64,000 nt of DNA, from NCBI GenBank assembly GCA_964385105.1, contig CAYLMU010000002.1, forward strand, positions 250,583 through 314,582. The letters run 5' to 3'. Shown piece by piece: positions 28,539-37,977 of the stretch. How positions within the stretch are numbered: the first letter of the stretch is position 1; each line of letters begins with the position of its first letter. Source of the DNA: an uncultured Candidatus Saccharibacteria bacterium (GTDB taxonomy: Bacteria; Patescibacteriota; WWE3; UBA101185; UBA10185). The notes below the pieces were generated by a model. The model worked only from the letters and a program-made list of their open reading frames with translations, was not told where the DNA came from and ran no database searches. Made by a program: the position numbers and the translations under genes.

Positions 28539-28965
28539 GGTTTTATTTTATTTATGTAGTTTTTGCAAATTATTTAAAGAAAGTAAAGAACAGGTAAGAA
28601 AAGGGAGAAGCCTTGCTGCCGGGTAGGAAACAGCAAAGCTTTTAGTTTACCTAAGAGGTAATTTTATAATTTCATTCAGCATAACATTGGCAAAATAAAG
28701 CGGTTTAACTAATTCGGCCAATGTAGCTTAAACTCTCGTAAGCGTAACTTGCAAGTAGAATGTCCTCTAGTTGCTCATGAAAAAATACTTTCTACTTGCT
28801 TCTCCCTTTTATTTTTTTGGCAGTTTGAGCAGGTTAGAAAGCTGTTAGCCCCAATTGGGGAGTCTAACACCACGATTATACAGTATTTGTAAATATATTT
28901 CATTTTATGAGTAAAAAATTATACAATCTTGTTAAAGTTTAACCAAAAAGTGGAAATAAGGAGAG

Positions 28966-29673
28966 ATGATGAGTATATTAATAGCTTTGGTATTATTTGT
29001 GCTCAGTATCATTGTACATGAACTTGGACATTATTTTGCGGCATTGCGTCAAAAGGTAGATGTACAAACGTTTTCCTTGGGTGTCGATCCTAGGTTGATT
29101 AAATTATTTACGAAAAAGGGTACTGATTTTGTAATAAGACTTATTCCTTTAGGTGCTAGTGTGGAAACCGTTGAACCGATTGCAAATGTTGACCGACGAA
29201 AGAGATGGAAAATAATAATAGCCGGACCTTTAGCAAATGCAGTATTTGGCGGATTGTTTTTATTTTTATATGTAGTACCGGTTGATTTTAATTTTAGCGA
29301 CATTCCGGCTTTATTTGTATTCTTTTTCGTTTGTCAGATGGTGAGTATAGTTGCAATGTTTGTTTTTATTCCGTTGAATCTGGCAGCACTTATAGGGGTG
29401 TTTGGATTTGCCGATTTTTCAGGATCCGTTGGAATAACAAACACAATTGCCTCATCAAACAATGAATGGATGGGCATATTTTGGTTCGTTAACATAGCAT
29501 TAGCATCATTCAATTTGTTGCCGATAGTACCACTTGATGGAGGTTTATTACTGCAAGCACTAAGTGAAAGGTATAAGACAACAAGACTTACTGGTGTTAT
29601 AAATTGGTTAAAGCAATACTTATCATTTTACTGCTACATGCAGTGTTGCGTTCGTGTTATAACGACATTGTGA
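28966..29673 (+). CDS. M50 family site-2 protease (membrane zinc metalloprotease)
   Basis: HELGHY zinc-binding motif in TM1, NLLPIVPLDGG motif, polytopic. Confidence 0.8.
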   Translation: MMSILIALVLFVLSIIVHELGHYFAALRQKVDVQTFSLGVDPRLIKLFTKKGTDFVIRLIPLGASVETVEPIANVDRRKRWKIIIAGPLANAVFGGLFLFLYVVPVDFNFSDIPALFVFFFVCQMVSIVAMFVFIPLNLAALIGVFGFADFSGSVGITNTIASSNNEWMGIFWFVNIALASFNLLPIVPLDGGLLLQALSERYKTTRLTGVINWLKQYLSFYCYMQCCVRVITTL

Positions 29674-29707
29674 ATCTCATTGGATAGTGTCACTTAAACC
29701 GGGGAGA

Positions 29708-29732
29708 ACTATTTCTCTTCGGTTTTTTTATT
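29708..29732 (+). terminator. Rho-independent terminator of M50 protease gene
   Basis: 9-bp stem CCGGGGAGA/TCTCTTCGG (two G-U pairs), 6-nt loop, T7 tract, abuts tRNA-Gly 3' end. Confidence 0.5.
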
Positions 29733-29735
29733 GTT

Positions 29736-29809
29736 TGGAGCGGGTGAAGGGAATCGAACCCTCGTATCTACGTTGGCAACGTAACGCTCTACCATTGAGC
29801 TACACCCGC
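29736..29809 (-). tRNA. tRNA-Gly (anticodon GCC)
   Basis: Acceptor GCGGGTG/CACCCGC, discriminator T, anticodon loop TTGCCAA, T-loop TTCGATT, CCA encoded. Confidence 0.9.
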
Positions 29810-30474
29810 ATTTCCTCATACATAAGTCTAATCCACTCTTTTATCTTTACGTTCATTTCAGTACTTGAAAAATAAATATTACACATCCCATAGCGTACTT
29901 TTGTTTTTGCTGTGTAAGTACGACTCTTAAGTACTTGTGTCTTAATAAACTGTTCTTTTGGTATTTTAACTTTTTTAGACCAATAATCAAGTGCTACTTC
30001 TTCACTTATATCAGGATAGATAAATAGAGCGCATCTTATTTTGTTAGATGATATCTTTAATACATTTTTATAGAATAAAGAAGTCAATTCCAAGAGACCT
30101 GGATCAGAATTAACAAGTTGAACAGTGCCTTTTCCACTTTTTCTACCCTCTCCCCAATAGAGTGCTAGTCCTATAAAAAAAAGAGGATGCCTTTTTAAAA
30201 TATCATATTCCTTTCTGGCTTCTTTTATATAAATCAAATGTCTTTTTTTTGATACTTCTCTGTTTGTATGAGCCACATGTATTATATGTTTGTAATTTAT
30301 TTTATTGGACGATTGACTTAATTTAAGCTTTAAATCGTTAGAAATACTATCACCAGCAAACCAGTATGAAAGAGTGGATTTAGAAACGCCCAGTTCTTTT
30401 TGAATTTGATTAAAACTCATACCTTTATACCTTAACACCTGGGCACTTTTATACAAGTCAATATCATGCGGCAT
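29800..30474 (-). CDS. HTH-domain protein of unknown function
   Basis: N-terminal helix-turn-helix (GMSFNQIQKELGVSKSTLSYW); remainder unassigned; C-terminal 10 nt overlap tRNA-Gly 5' end. Confidence 0.35.
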   Translation of the reverse strand: MPHDIDLYKSAQVLRYKGMSFNQIQKELGVSKSTLSYWFAGDSISNDLKLKLSQSSNKINYKHIIHVAHTNREVSKKRHLIYIKEARKEYDILKRHPLFFIGLALYWGEGRKSGKGTVQLVNSDPGLLELTSLFYKNVLKISSNKIRCALFIYPDISEEVALDYWSKKVKIPKEQFIKTQVLKSRTYTAKTKVRYGMCNIYFSSTEMNVKIKEWIRLMYEEMRV

Positions 30475-30517
30475 GTGTTAATTATAATATAAATTGCAGT
30501 ATTTTTATATATTAAAT

Positions 30518-32245
30518 TCACCAGCTTCTACCGCCGCCTCCGCCACCTCCACCTCCTGAAAACCCACCGGAAGATCCGCTGGAGAACCCTGAGGAACTTC
30601 TTGTGGTAGTTCTCACAGCACTTGATGCAGCAGAATTTAACCCGTTAGTAACCCTTCCAACTGCAAAAGTATTATTTGCACTTGTATACCAGTCAGGGTT
30701 TACTATATTTAACCCTTCAAATCTCTTATACCACACATCTTCTACCCCAAAAGCTGTTGCATATGGTAATAACTTTTCAAAAAACATTTGTTTATCAGCT
30801 TGAAAATCAAGTTTCTCGTCTTGGGAAATTAGAAAATTTTTGAGTGACATTGCTTCTGAATATTTCTCAATTCCCAAAGGCGTGAATCCTTTATATCTTT
30901 TTGCAATTAAAGCCAAGGCAATTGCCAATAAAAAGTTAAATGTTGATAATCCTAATATTGCCAGAAATATGATTAAGTTTTTATTTCTCAATAAGGATTT
31001 GTTGTATAAACCTTTATTTTCGAGTTTAGCAGGAAGTGATTTTTTAATTGAAGTTATTGTATTTCCAAAACTTGTTGAATTTTGCAACTCAGTCATGTCT
31101 ATTATATTCTTTTCTTCTTCTGATTGACCTAAAATCATTTTCTTCAAACTACCTTGATTTATTTTTCCTGACTTTTGCATGCTGTTTATTAATAGTTTAT
31201 GGTCTTTGCTCAAACCTGAAGTGTCTTTATCACTTACTGTAAATGAAACTTTATTTTTTTCGTCTACATTTATTTTTATGTACCCTTCCCGCGCGAGAGA
31301 TACAATTTGTGCTGTAATGTGTTCATTTTTAGCGGTATTATCCACTAGGTATGCTGTTTCCTCCGGAGTAAATGGAGTTAAATCGTTATTTTTTGGAGGA
31401 TCAAACCAGGCAGTTAATATTTTTGCATTTTTATTAACATAGTTTCGATCACGTAAATAAATTATAAATAAGACAATTGGCAATACCAGAAAATATAAAA
31501 ATCCTAAAATCAAAAGACCTATTATCAAAACCGGGTGTATAGGATAATATTTCTCAGGCTCAAGTTCAGCTACAACACCAGGTGGAAAACTAACAGACAC
31601 TGTTAATCCTTCAAAAGGCATAAGATTTTCAGAAAAAATAAATAATGAGTTTTCAATGTCTGAGCTTTCGGTTAATACTGTACAGTTACTTTCAGAACTT
31701 GAATATGCCCCGGAATAACACACTGCACTTGCATAAACAACATTTATTTCCTTAGGAAACTGAATAAATGTTCGAGCCTGTTCTATGGGTACATTCCAGT
31801 CATTACCGGTTACATTCCAATAAAGTTCGTCATGGTCGGAAAAATAAGTTAAAGCACCACTAACTTTATATTCAATTGCATATAACATTGAACCTGTAAC
31901 TGTTATATTCGGGTCGCCTATTTTTATATTTAATTCACCATTAGACTCATCAACAGAGTATTTAACTTCCTCACCTGCTTCGTTCAAGACTCGTAACACA
32001 TCTAAATCCATTTTAAGTTTTTCACCATCCGTGTTTGTTTTGATTAAGGGGATTGTTCTAATAATTCCATGTCGCTGCTGCGTACCAAAGTCATACTTAA
32101 TTAGTTCTTGTACATTGATTGTTCCATCTAAATTGATAGTAATATTAGACTGAAAAAACTCAATTTTTTCTGAAGATTGTGCAAAAGCTCCATTACAAAA
32201 AAATAAGGATAAAAATGTAATCAGTAAATAAATCAGCTTTCTCAC
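30518..32245 (-). CDS. DUF2207-like membrane protein with C-terminal poly-Gly tail
   Basis: Signal peptide, large extracytoplasmic N-domain, TM pair, cytoplasmic segment, terminal GFSGGGGGGGGGRSW. Confidence 0.5.
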   Translation of the reverse strand: MRKLIYLLITFLSLFFCNGAFAQSSEKIEFFQSNITINLDGTINVQELIKYDFGTQQRHGIIRTIPLIKTNTDGEKLKMDLDVLRVLNEAGEEVKYSVDESNGELNIKIGDPNITVTGSMLYAIEYKVSGALTYFSDHDELYWNVTGNDWNVPIEQARTFIQFPKEINVVYASAVCYSGAYSSSESNCTVLTESSDIENSLFIFSENLMPFEGLTVSVSFPPGVVAELEPEKYYPIHPVLIIGLLILGFLYFLVLPIVLFIIYLRDRNYVNKNAKILTAWFDPPKNNDLTPFTPEETAYLVDNTAKNEHITAQIVSLAREGYIKINVDEKNKVSFTVSDKDTSGLSKDHKLLINSMQKSGKINQGSLKKMILGQSEEEKNIIDMTELQNSTSFGNTITSIKKSLPAKLENKGLYNKSLLRNKNLIIFLAILGLSTFNFLLAIALALIAKRYKGFTPLGIEKYSEAMSLKNFLISQDEKLDFQADKQMFFEKLLPYATAFGVEDVWYKRFEGLNIVNPDWYTSANNTFAVGRVTNGLNSAASSAVRTTTRSSSGFSSGSSGGFSGGGGGGGGGRSW

Positions 32246-32452
32246 GTCTTAATAATACACTTTTTGGCTTTATTAGTGGATAAGGTAAATATACTTCAAA
32301 ATAATTTATTGTGGAGAGGCATCATCTCTATTTGGCCAACCCCATCCGTAAATTTTTGCTTTAAACCAGTAGTGTTCAGGATTGTCTTTAATGTAGTTAA
32401 GGTATTTTTTAATCATAAGAACCCTTGAAATCGTAAGTGTCTGTCTTCATAA

Positions 32453-32538
32453 TGGTGGGCAAGACAGGAGTCGAACCTGCACAGGGAAACCCCCACAACG
32501 ACCTCAACGTTGCGCGTATACCATTCCGCCACTTGCCC
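32453..32538 (-). tRNA. tRNA-Leu (anticodon GAG)
   Basis: Type II tRNA with long variable arm; acceptor GGGCAAG/CTTGCCC, anticodon loop TTGAGGT, T-loop TTCGACT, CCA encoded. Confidence 0.9.
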
Positions 32539-32560
32539 TTAGATTGCGGTACAACAAGCA

Positions 32561-33244
32561 TTATACACCAATATTTGAGTTAATAAACCACAATAACAAT
32601 AAAGACGTAGTATTTAAAAATATGTGCAAAAGAATATTTATGTATAAAGATCCGCTTTTATAAAATATGTAGCACAATACTAAACTCAACACAAAAATCG
32701 GTAAAAAAGCAGTTACAAAAAAATGCATAAACGCAAAAATTAGCGAACTAAAAACAGCTGCTATTTTGAATCCCCAAAATTTATTTAAAGATGAAAATAA
32801 AAACCCTCTAAAAAAGATTTCTTCTGTTACCGGAATGATTAAACTTCCTAAAACAACAAATAACCCCGGGTTAGAAAGCTGATCCATTATTTTCATAAAC
32901 TCATAACCTTGAACCGGTAAATCTGGTACAAAAAAGGTAACTAACATTCCATATACAACATTGAATATGTATGAAAGTAAAAACAAACCACATCCTATAT
33001 CCAGATGTCGCTCCGAAAATTTTTTGAACCCAAAGTCCTTTAAATTACCTTTTCTTAACTTTACAAAAATGAACAGCGCAATTAACACTACAACAAAATT
33101 AAACAAAACGGTCACAGCAAGACTGACTCCAACAGACTCTATGTTTAAAAAAGAAAATGCTAGAGACAGGCAAACCCACACCAAACAACACAATAGTGCA
33201 ATATATACATCAGATTTTATCCAAGGTGTATTTTGAATATTCAT
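32561..33244 (-). CDS. CPBP family intramembrane metalloprotease (CAAX protease/Abi fold)
   Basis: EEIFFRGFLF (EExxxR), FAFMHF (FxxxH), HIFLN motifs; start trimmed to MNIQ so CDS does not overlap tRNA-Leu(CAG). Confidence 0.75.
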   Translation of the reverse strand: MNIQNTPWIKSDVYIALLCCLVWVCLSLAFSFLNIESVGVSLAVTVLFNFVVVLIALFIFVKLRKGNLKDFGFKKFSERHLDIGCGLFLLSYIFNVVYGMLVTFFVPDLPVQGYEFMKIMDQLSNPGLFVVLGSLIIPVTEEIFFRGFLFSSLNKFWGFKIAAVFSSLIFAFMHFFVTAFLPIFVLSLVLCYIFYKSGSLYINILLHIFLNTTSLLLLWFINSNIGV

Positions 33245-33262
33245 AACATCTGTTAAATTACT

Positions 33263-33349
33263 TGGTGCCAGAGGTGGGAGTCGAACCCACACTTCCTTGC
33301 GGAAACAGCCTCCTGAAGACTGCGAGTCTGCCAATTCCTCCACTCTGGC
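33263..33349 (-). tRNA. tRNA-Leu (anticodon CAG)
   Basis: Type II tRNA; acceptor GCCAGAG/CTCTGGC, anticodon loop TTCAGGA, long variable arm, T-loop TTCGACT, CCA encoded. Confidence 0.9.
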
Positions 33350-33375
33350 ATGTCACATTAGTCAATTGCTAAGTA

Positions 33376-34089
33376 CTAATTTAAACGACTTCCCGTAATT
33401 GTAAAGTTAATAATCACTTCATCTCCAGCCGTAAATACATTCGCCAAAGACGGAGGCGTGATTCCAAAGTCACTCATTAATACAGTTGTTTCACCTTTTG
33501 CATTAAACTCATTGTCTGTTAAAACACCCGTTACATTAAACACTACTTGTTTTTCTACCCCGTTAATTGTCAAACTGCCGGGAATTTGTAGATCAAAATT
33601 GTTGCCTGGAGTAATGCTAACGTTAGCCTTATCGACTATAAAAGTAGCTAGGGTGTCGGTAAACAATTGCAAAACATCTTCATCCCTTTTTTCACTATCC
33701 GTTTTCATCTTTGACAAATCAACAAAAGCTCCAACATAAAGCGTCTTTTCAAATGGTGAGTACCATCCTCCTCCGCTAACCGCTTCGGTTACACCTACTA
33801 CAGCTTCTTCGTGATTTAGCAACATTTTTTTTGCAGTATAACTGACGGTAGAACCCCCGGTAAAGACATACATCATTGCATCAACGGGTTTATCCATTTC
33901 ACGGATATTGTTTTGAAAATCATTTTGGGCTGTAACTGTAGGTGTACTAGACACGGTTTCGGTAAAATTGTTTTGTTTATCAGTGTTTACATTAATATTT
34001 GAAATGTTATTTGACTTAAAAATTGCACCTGAAACCAAAATAATAAGCGTAATTATTACTACAAAGGGCACTGCTTTTTTAACCATATG
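33376..34089 (-). CDS. YceI-like family protein (membrane-anchored, periplasmic/extracellular)
   Basis: N-terminal TM anchor; beta-rich domain; C-terminal GETTVLMSDFGI...GDEVIINFTITGSR resembles YceI C-terminus; start placed at MVKKAVPF. Confidence 0.45.
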   Translation of the reverse strand, partial: HMVKKAVPFVVIITLIILVSGAIFKSNNISNINVNTDKQNNFTETVSSTPTVTAQNDFQNNIREMDKPVDAMMYVFTGGSTVSYTAKKMLLNHEEAVVGVTEAVSGGGWYSPFEKTLYVGAFVDLSKMKTDSEKRDEDVLQLFTDTLATFIVDKANVSITPGNNFDLQIPGSLTINGVEKQVVFNVTGVLTDNEFNAKGETTVLMSDFGITPPSLANVFTAGDEVIINFTITGSRLN

Positions 34090-34152
34090 TTTATTATATA
34101 GCAAAATATAGAGCGAATCAGCCGTGGGCATTTAGCCGATTCGCTCCATAAA

Positions 34153-34470
34153 CTATACAATGTCACCTTGCAGATCATCAAAAGAAATTACATCGATTGC
34201 ACCAAGTTTTACTTTTGCATCACTGCCGGTATCACCTGAAAAATACCCAAAAAAGTAAACCGTTGTTCCTACCGGGTATAATTTCTGGTCATTTTCAACA
34301 TAATAAAAGTGTACTTCAACAACTTCATCGCCTATACCTTCGGTAATTACCCGCAGTGTTTCAGAGCGTATACGATAAGCAGGCTCAACACTAACAACTT
34401 CTCCATACTTTGGTCCAATAGGAGTATTGTTTTTCTCGGCTTCTTCTAAATCACTCAATGCAACTTTCAC
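34153..34470 (-). CDS. hypothetical protein (105 aa)
   Basis: ORF only. Confidence 0.3.
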   Translation of the reverse strand: MKVALSDLEEAEKNNTPIGPKYGEVVSVEPAYRIRSETLRVITEGIGDEVVEVHFYYVENDQKLYPVGTTVYFFGYFSGDTGSDAKVKLGAIDVISFDDLQGDIV

Positions 34471-34556
34471 CTGTCACCTCTTTTTTGGTTTTTGGGTTTT
34501 AGGAAATGTTCGGGCAATTTTAATTATACAACTATTTATAAAAATCTCACGTTCAT

Positions 34557-34631
34557 TGGTGGGGGCGCTGGGATTCGAACCCAGGGCCTACCGGTTAAGA
34601 GCCGGTTGCTCTACCGCTGAGCTACACCCCC
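34557..34631 (-). tRNA. tRNA-Lys (anticodon CTT)
   Basis: Acceptor GGGGGTG/CGCCCCC, anticodon loop CTCTTAA, T-loop TTCGAAT, CCA encoded. Confidence 0.9.
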
Positions 34632-34700
34632 ATAACCGTGTCATTATACAAAAAAAGGTACCCCTACTGCAAAGACGCATATACTAGGGGTACCTACTTT

Positions 34701-35096
34701 CTATGAATAGCTCTTAAGATCAATAATAGTTACCTGTGCATTGAGAACCCTTAACACTTGTTCCAAAATTTTATTGTGACAGCCCTGAGTTAGTGCTTCT
34801 AAGCTTTGACACCCAAAACGAATGCATCTTGTATCTGGATGTGCAATTTGTTTTTTTTGTCTGTCGCTAAGTTGTGTACAACCATCTAGTATGACAACTC
34901 CGGCTGATACAGGGTGTCTAAATAATATTTGGCCGATTTCTTTTGGTTTTAATGCCGATAACAAATATGCATAATCATCCTTACCACGTTTTAAAAACCA
35001 ATAAGCTCGCAACCCACATCTGTAAACTGGCCCCTCGACTTGTACACCTCTTATGTTTAACATTTTTCTCCCTTTTATACCTAAAATAAAATCCAT
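34701..35096 (-). CDS. hypothetical protein (131 aa), Cys/His-containing, elevated GC
   Basis: ORF with HPDTRC..GC..GCH residues; ~40% GC vs ~30% surroundings; translationally coupled to upstream 86-aa ORF. Confidence 0.3.
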   Translation of the reverse strand: MDFILGIKGRKMLNIRGVQVEGPVYRCGLRAYWFLKRGKDDYAYLLSALKPKEIGQILFRHPVSAGVVILDGCTQLSDRQKKQIAHPDTRCIRFGCQSLEALTQGCHNKILEQVLRVLNAQVTIIDLKSYS

Positions 35097-35356
35097 TATG
35101 CCACTATCTGATTACGATAATATCTACCGAAAAGTTCATACCCAATAAATCTTGATCGAACTGACTTTCCTTCGATACTATCTACTTGAAAATAGAGTGT
35201 GATAGGGTCTCCGCTACATACTGCAGTAAGAACCGGCACTTCTATGGATAAGCCACACCTGAGATCCAGTCTTTTTTTGTCATCAACTCTGTCGACTCTT
35301 CTTACCCAAGTATCAACAACACACCTTTTGCCACCTTCAATAAATCCCGTACTCAT
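35096..35356 (-). CDS. hypothetical protein (86 aa)
   Basis: ORF only; first gene of two-gene cassette between tRNA-Arg and tRNA-Lys. Confidence 0.3.
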   Translation of the reverse strand: MSTGFIEGGKRCVVDTWVRRVDRVDDKKRLDLRCGLSIEVPVLTAVCSGDPITLYFQVDSIEGKSVRSRFIGYELFGRYYRNQIVA

Positions 35357-35435
35357 TTCTCCCCCTTAATTTATGTTTAAAACGTTTATTTTAGTTTAAA
35401 TATAATAGAAACAATGTCAATAATGTATAAGTTAA

Positions 35436-35511
35436 TGGCGCCTCCGGAGAGATTTGAACTCCCAGCCTTCCGGTTCGAAGCCGGACGCTCTATCCATTGA
35501 GCTACGGAGGC
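35436..35511 (-). tRNA. tRNA-Arg (anticodon TCG)
   Basis: Acceptor GCCTCCG/CGGAGGC, discriminator G, anticodon loop CTTCGAA, T-loop TTCAAAT, CCA encoded. Confidence 0.9.
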
Positions 35512-35560
35512 AAGTTTTGCCTAAGGCAACACACATTATACACCAAAAAATGCTATCATA

Positions 35561-36121
35561 ATGAGTACAATGAACTTGCCTAACTTTAAAAAAATTCGAA
35601 TCATCCTGGCAATCATCACAATATTTTTATCGGCTACCGGTTTTTTGTACGCAAGGTCTGTACTTAGTGAGGATATTATTGAGGTTGAAGACAAAGAAGC
35701 CCCAAAAGATGCCGACGACATTAAACCGGTTAGAGTTACTTTAATTGTAAAAACACTTCAGAACGAACAATCTTACCAGCGCAGGATGCAAAATAACAAC
35801 ACTGTCTCTGATTTATTAAGAGAAATTCGTGAAACAGAAGATTTTACTTTTGAGCGCATAGCTTATACTTATGGCACTGAGCTTGATTATATTAATGGAG
35901 TTAAAACACCTGACGGTTATAGCTGGAGAATGTATATGACTGCCGATATAGAAAAAATCAATGAAACTTTCGAAGACCTTAACTTATCACCAGAAGAAAC
36001 AGATGTTTTAAGTTTAGCTCAACAAAGTAGAGTAGATATTACATACAAAATAGATAACACTCCGCTAGTTGGTGGTGCAGTTTATGAGCTTATACTTGAA
36101 CCTTCTTCACAAAATAATTAG
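35561..36121 (+). CDS. membrane-anchored secreted protein, unknown function (possibly DUF4430-like)
   Basis: N-terminal TM anchor; acidic mature domain; weak resemblance to DUF4430 (INGVKTPDGYSWRMYM). Confidence 0.3.
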   Translation: MSTMNLPNFKKIRIILAIITIFLSATGFLYARSVLSEDIIEVEDKEAPKDADDIKPVRVTLIVKTLQNEQSYQRRMQNNNTVSDLLREIRETEDFTFERIAYTYGTELDYINGVKTPDGYSWRMYMTADIEKINETFEDLNLSPEETDVLSLAQQSRVDITYKIDNTPLVGGAVYELILEPSSQNN

Positions 36122-36128
36122 TACTCAC

Positions 36129-37310
36129 TTATTCATATCTTAACGCTTCAATCGGATCAAGTTTACTTGCTTTAACTGCCGGGTATGTGCCAAAAGCTAC
36201 CCCCACAACAACAGAAAATCCAAATGCAACAATAACACCCCAAAGAGGTATTTCTGCACGTACATAACTTTGTAAAGCTTGTGTGGTAAGCCATCCAAAA
36301 ATGAGCCCAATCATTCCGCCAAATACACTTATTAAAACGGATTCAAACATAAATTGTAAAGCAATATTTTTTGACGTTGCACCAACAGCTTTCCTTAGCC
36401 CAATTTCTTTTATTCGCTCGGTAACCGAAACAAGCATTATATTCATAATTCCGATTCCGCCAACTAAAAGTGAAATTCCGGCAATTGCACCAAGACCCGC
36501 AGTTAAAGCCCCTAAAATCTGTTGAATTGAACTCAAAAGGTCTTCCTGAGACAGTACACTAAAATCATCGTCGTCCAAATCTCGCATTAAACTTGCTTCA
36601 ATTTGCTTCATTGTAATGTCTATATTGTTCACGTCTCTTGCTTTTATAATAATGCTAGAAAATTTATCAAGTTGTGAGGTTTCTGCAAGTGCAGTATAAG
36701 GAACCAATACTGATTCATCAAAATCACGTCCTTTTTTTTCTTGTACTCCAATAACGGTATATGAATCATCACCAATCTTTATTTTTTTACCAATTGCGGT
36801 TTGATTTGCAAATAGTTCACTTCTTATACTCTCACCTATTATTGCCACCTTATTTTTTGACCTAACGTCAACTCTAGTAAAATACTTCCCTTCGCTTAAA
36901 CCAACGTTAAAAATTTTATCAATTGATTCATTTACTCCCATTACCGAACCTGCAAAGCTTTTATTTCTGTAAAAAATTGTTTCACCTGCCGTGTATTGCG
37001 GCGTAACGTATTCAACATACTCTTTTGAAAATGTATTTATTAAGTCAATATGCTCTTCATCAAGCTTGTTTTTTGAAAACGATTCTGCCGGGTCACGGCT
37101 AAAGTCTGCACGACCTGGTACGACAAAAATTAAATTTGACCCTATTGCGTTAAACTGGTCTGTTATATAGTTTCTTATTCCCTGACCAATTGATACAAGC
37201 GATGTAACGGCAAAAACACCAATTATTACACCAAGCATTGTTAAAAATGTTCTGGCTTTATTTGCCCCCAACTGTCTTAAAGATGTTTTAAAAGTTTCAT
37301 TTATGTTCAT
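36129..37310 (-). CDS. ABC transporter permease, FtsX/MacB family
   Basis: N-terminal TM, large periplasmic domain, C-terminal 3-TM FtsX-like bundle. Confidence 0.8.
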   Translation of the reverse strand: MNINETFKTSLRQLGANKARTFLTMLGVIIGVFAVTSLVSIGQGIRNYITDQFNAIGSNLIFVVPGRADFSRDPAESFSKNKLDEEHIDLINTFSKEYVEYVTPQYTAGETIFYRNKSFAGSVMGVNESIDKIFNVGLSEGKYFTRVDVRSKNKVAIIGESIRSELFANQTAIGKKIKIGDDSYTVIGVQEKKGRDFDESVLVPYTALAETSQLDKFSSIIIKARDVNNIDITMKQIEASLMRDLDDDDFSVLSQEDLLSSIQQILGALTAGLGAIAGISLLVGGIGIMNIMLVSVTERIKEIGLRKAVGATSKNIALQFMFESVLISVFGGMIGLIFGWLTTQALQSYVRAEIPLWGVIVAFGFSVVVGVAFGTYPAVKASKLDPIEALRYE

Positions 37311-37975
37311 ACAAGTTTTCCATCACGAATTTCAAATTTTTTTTCGGTAATATTTGCCAAATCATCATCATGGGTAACAATGACTATTGTTTTTCCCTCT
37401 TTATTAAGTCTTTTAAATAAATCAATTATTTCATTTCCAGTTTTGGTGTCTAAGTTTCCGGTTGGCTCATCGGCAAGAATTATTGAAGGTTCATTTACTA
37501 AGGCACGTGCAATTGCGACTCTTTGCTTTTGTCCTCCTGAAAGCTCGTTTGATTTATTATTTATTCTTTCACTAAGCTCAACTGTATCCAGCATTTTTTT
37601 TGCTTTGTTTTTCCATTGTTCACGGGGTATTTTGCTGTATTGTAAAGGTAATAAAACGTTTTCCAAAGCAGTGGCTCTTGATAATAAATTAAACGATTGA
37701 AAAACAAACCCTATTTCACTATTTCGTATTTTTGCTAATCTTTTATCGTTAAGCTTTTGTGTTTCTTCACCATTTAACACAATTTTTCCAGACGTCGGCG
37801 TATCCAGAAGCCCAATCATATGCATCAGTGTAGATTTGCCCGAACCTGATTTACCTACAATCGAAACAAATTCACCTTCATGAATAACAAGCGAAACATC
37901 ATTTACGGCGATGATCTGGCTTTGTCCTACTTTGTAGGTTTTTGTAACGTTTACAACCTCAAGAATCTTTTTCAT
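37307..37975 (-). CDS. ABC transporter ATP-binding protein (MacB/LolD-like)
   Basis: Walker A GKSGSGKST, signature LSGGQKQRVAIARAL, Walker B ILADEPTGNLD, H-loop. Confidence 0.9.
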   Translation of the reverse strand: MKKILEVVNVTKTYKVGQSQIIAVNDVSLVIHEGEFVSIVGKSGSGKSTLMHMIGLLDTPTSGKIVLNGEETQKLNDKRLAKIRNSEIGFVFQSFNLLSRATALENVLLPLQYSKIPREQWKNKAKKMLDTVELSERINNKSNELSGGQKQRVAIARALVNEPSIILADEPTGNLDTKTGNEIIDLFKRLNKEGKTIVIVTHDDDLANITEKKFEIRDGKLV

Positions 37976-37977
37976 AG

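Noticed and set aside
28594-28819. Identification of the intergenic structured region as SRP RNA, RNase P RNA or tmRNA
   Set aside because: A CCGGGUAGGAAACAGCA segment superficially resembles SRP helix 8. However, no clean GNRA tetraloop/AGCAG arrangement, no RNase P P4 motif (AGGAAAGUCCGGGC) and no tRNA-like CCA 3' end for tmRNA were found. It is left as an unnamed candidate RNA.
29800-30474. Possible LAGLIDADG homing endonuclease (segment FIGLALYWGEG)
   Set aside because: The motif lacks the conserved acidic residue pattern (LAGxxDGDG) and only one copy is present. It is kept as an HTH-domain protein of unknown function.
30518-30560. GC-rich direct repeat (ccgccgcctccgccacctccacctcc) that could look like a short tandem repeat or CRISPR fragment
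   Set aside because: It is the coding sequence for the terminal poly-Gly tail of the DUF2207-like protein on the minus strand. The poly-Asp stretch at 10690-10720 is likewise coding.
32290-32406. 38-aa minus-strand ORF (MIKKYLNYIKDNPEHYWFKAKIYGWGWPNRDDASPQ) between the DUF2207 gene and tRNA-Leu(GAG)
   Set aside because: It is too short and has no recognisable family. It could be real but there is no supporting evidence, so it was not annotated.
32561-33343. Long N-terminal extension of the CPBP protease ORF overlapping tRNA-Leu(CAG)
   Set aside because: The extension (MEELADSQSSGGCFRKEV...) is antisense translation of the tRNA. An in-frame Met (MNIQ) downstream of the tRNA gives a sensible start, so the CDS was trimmed to 32561-33244.
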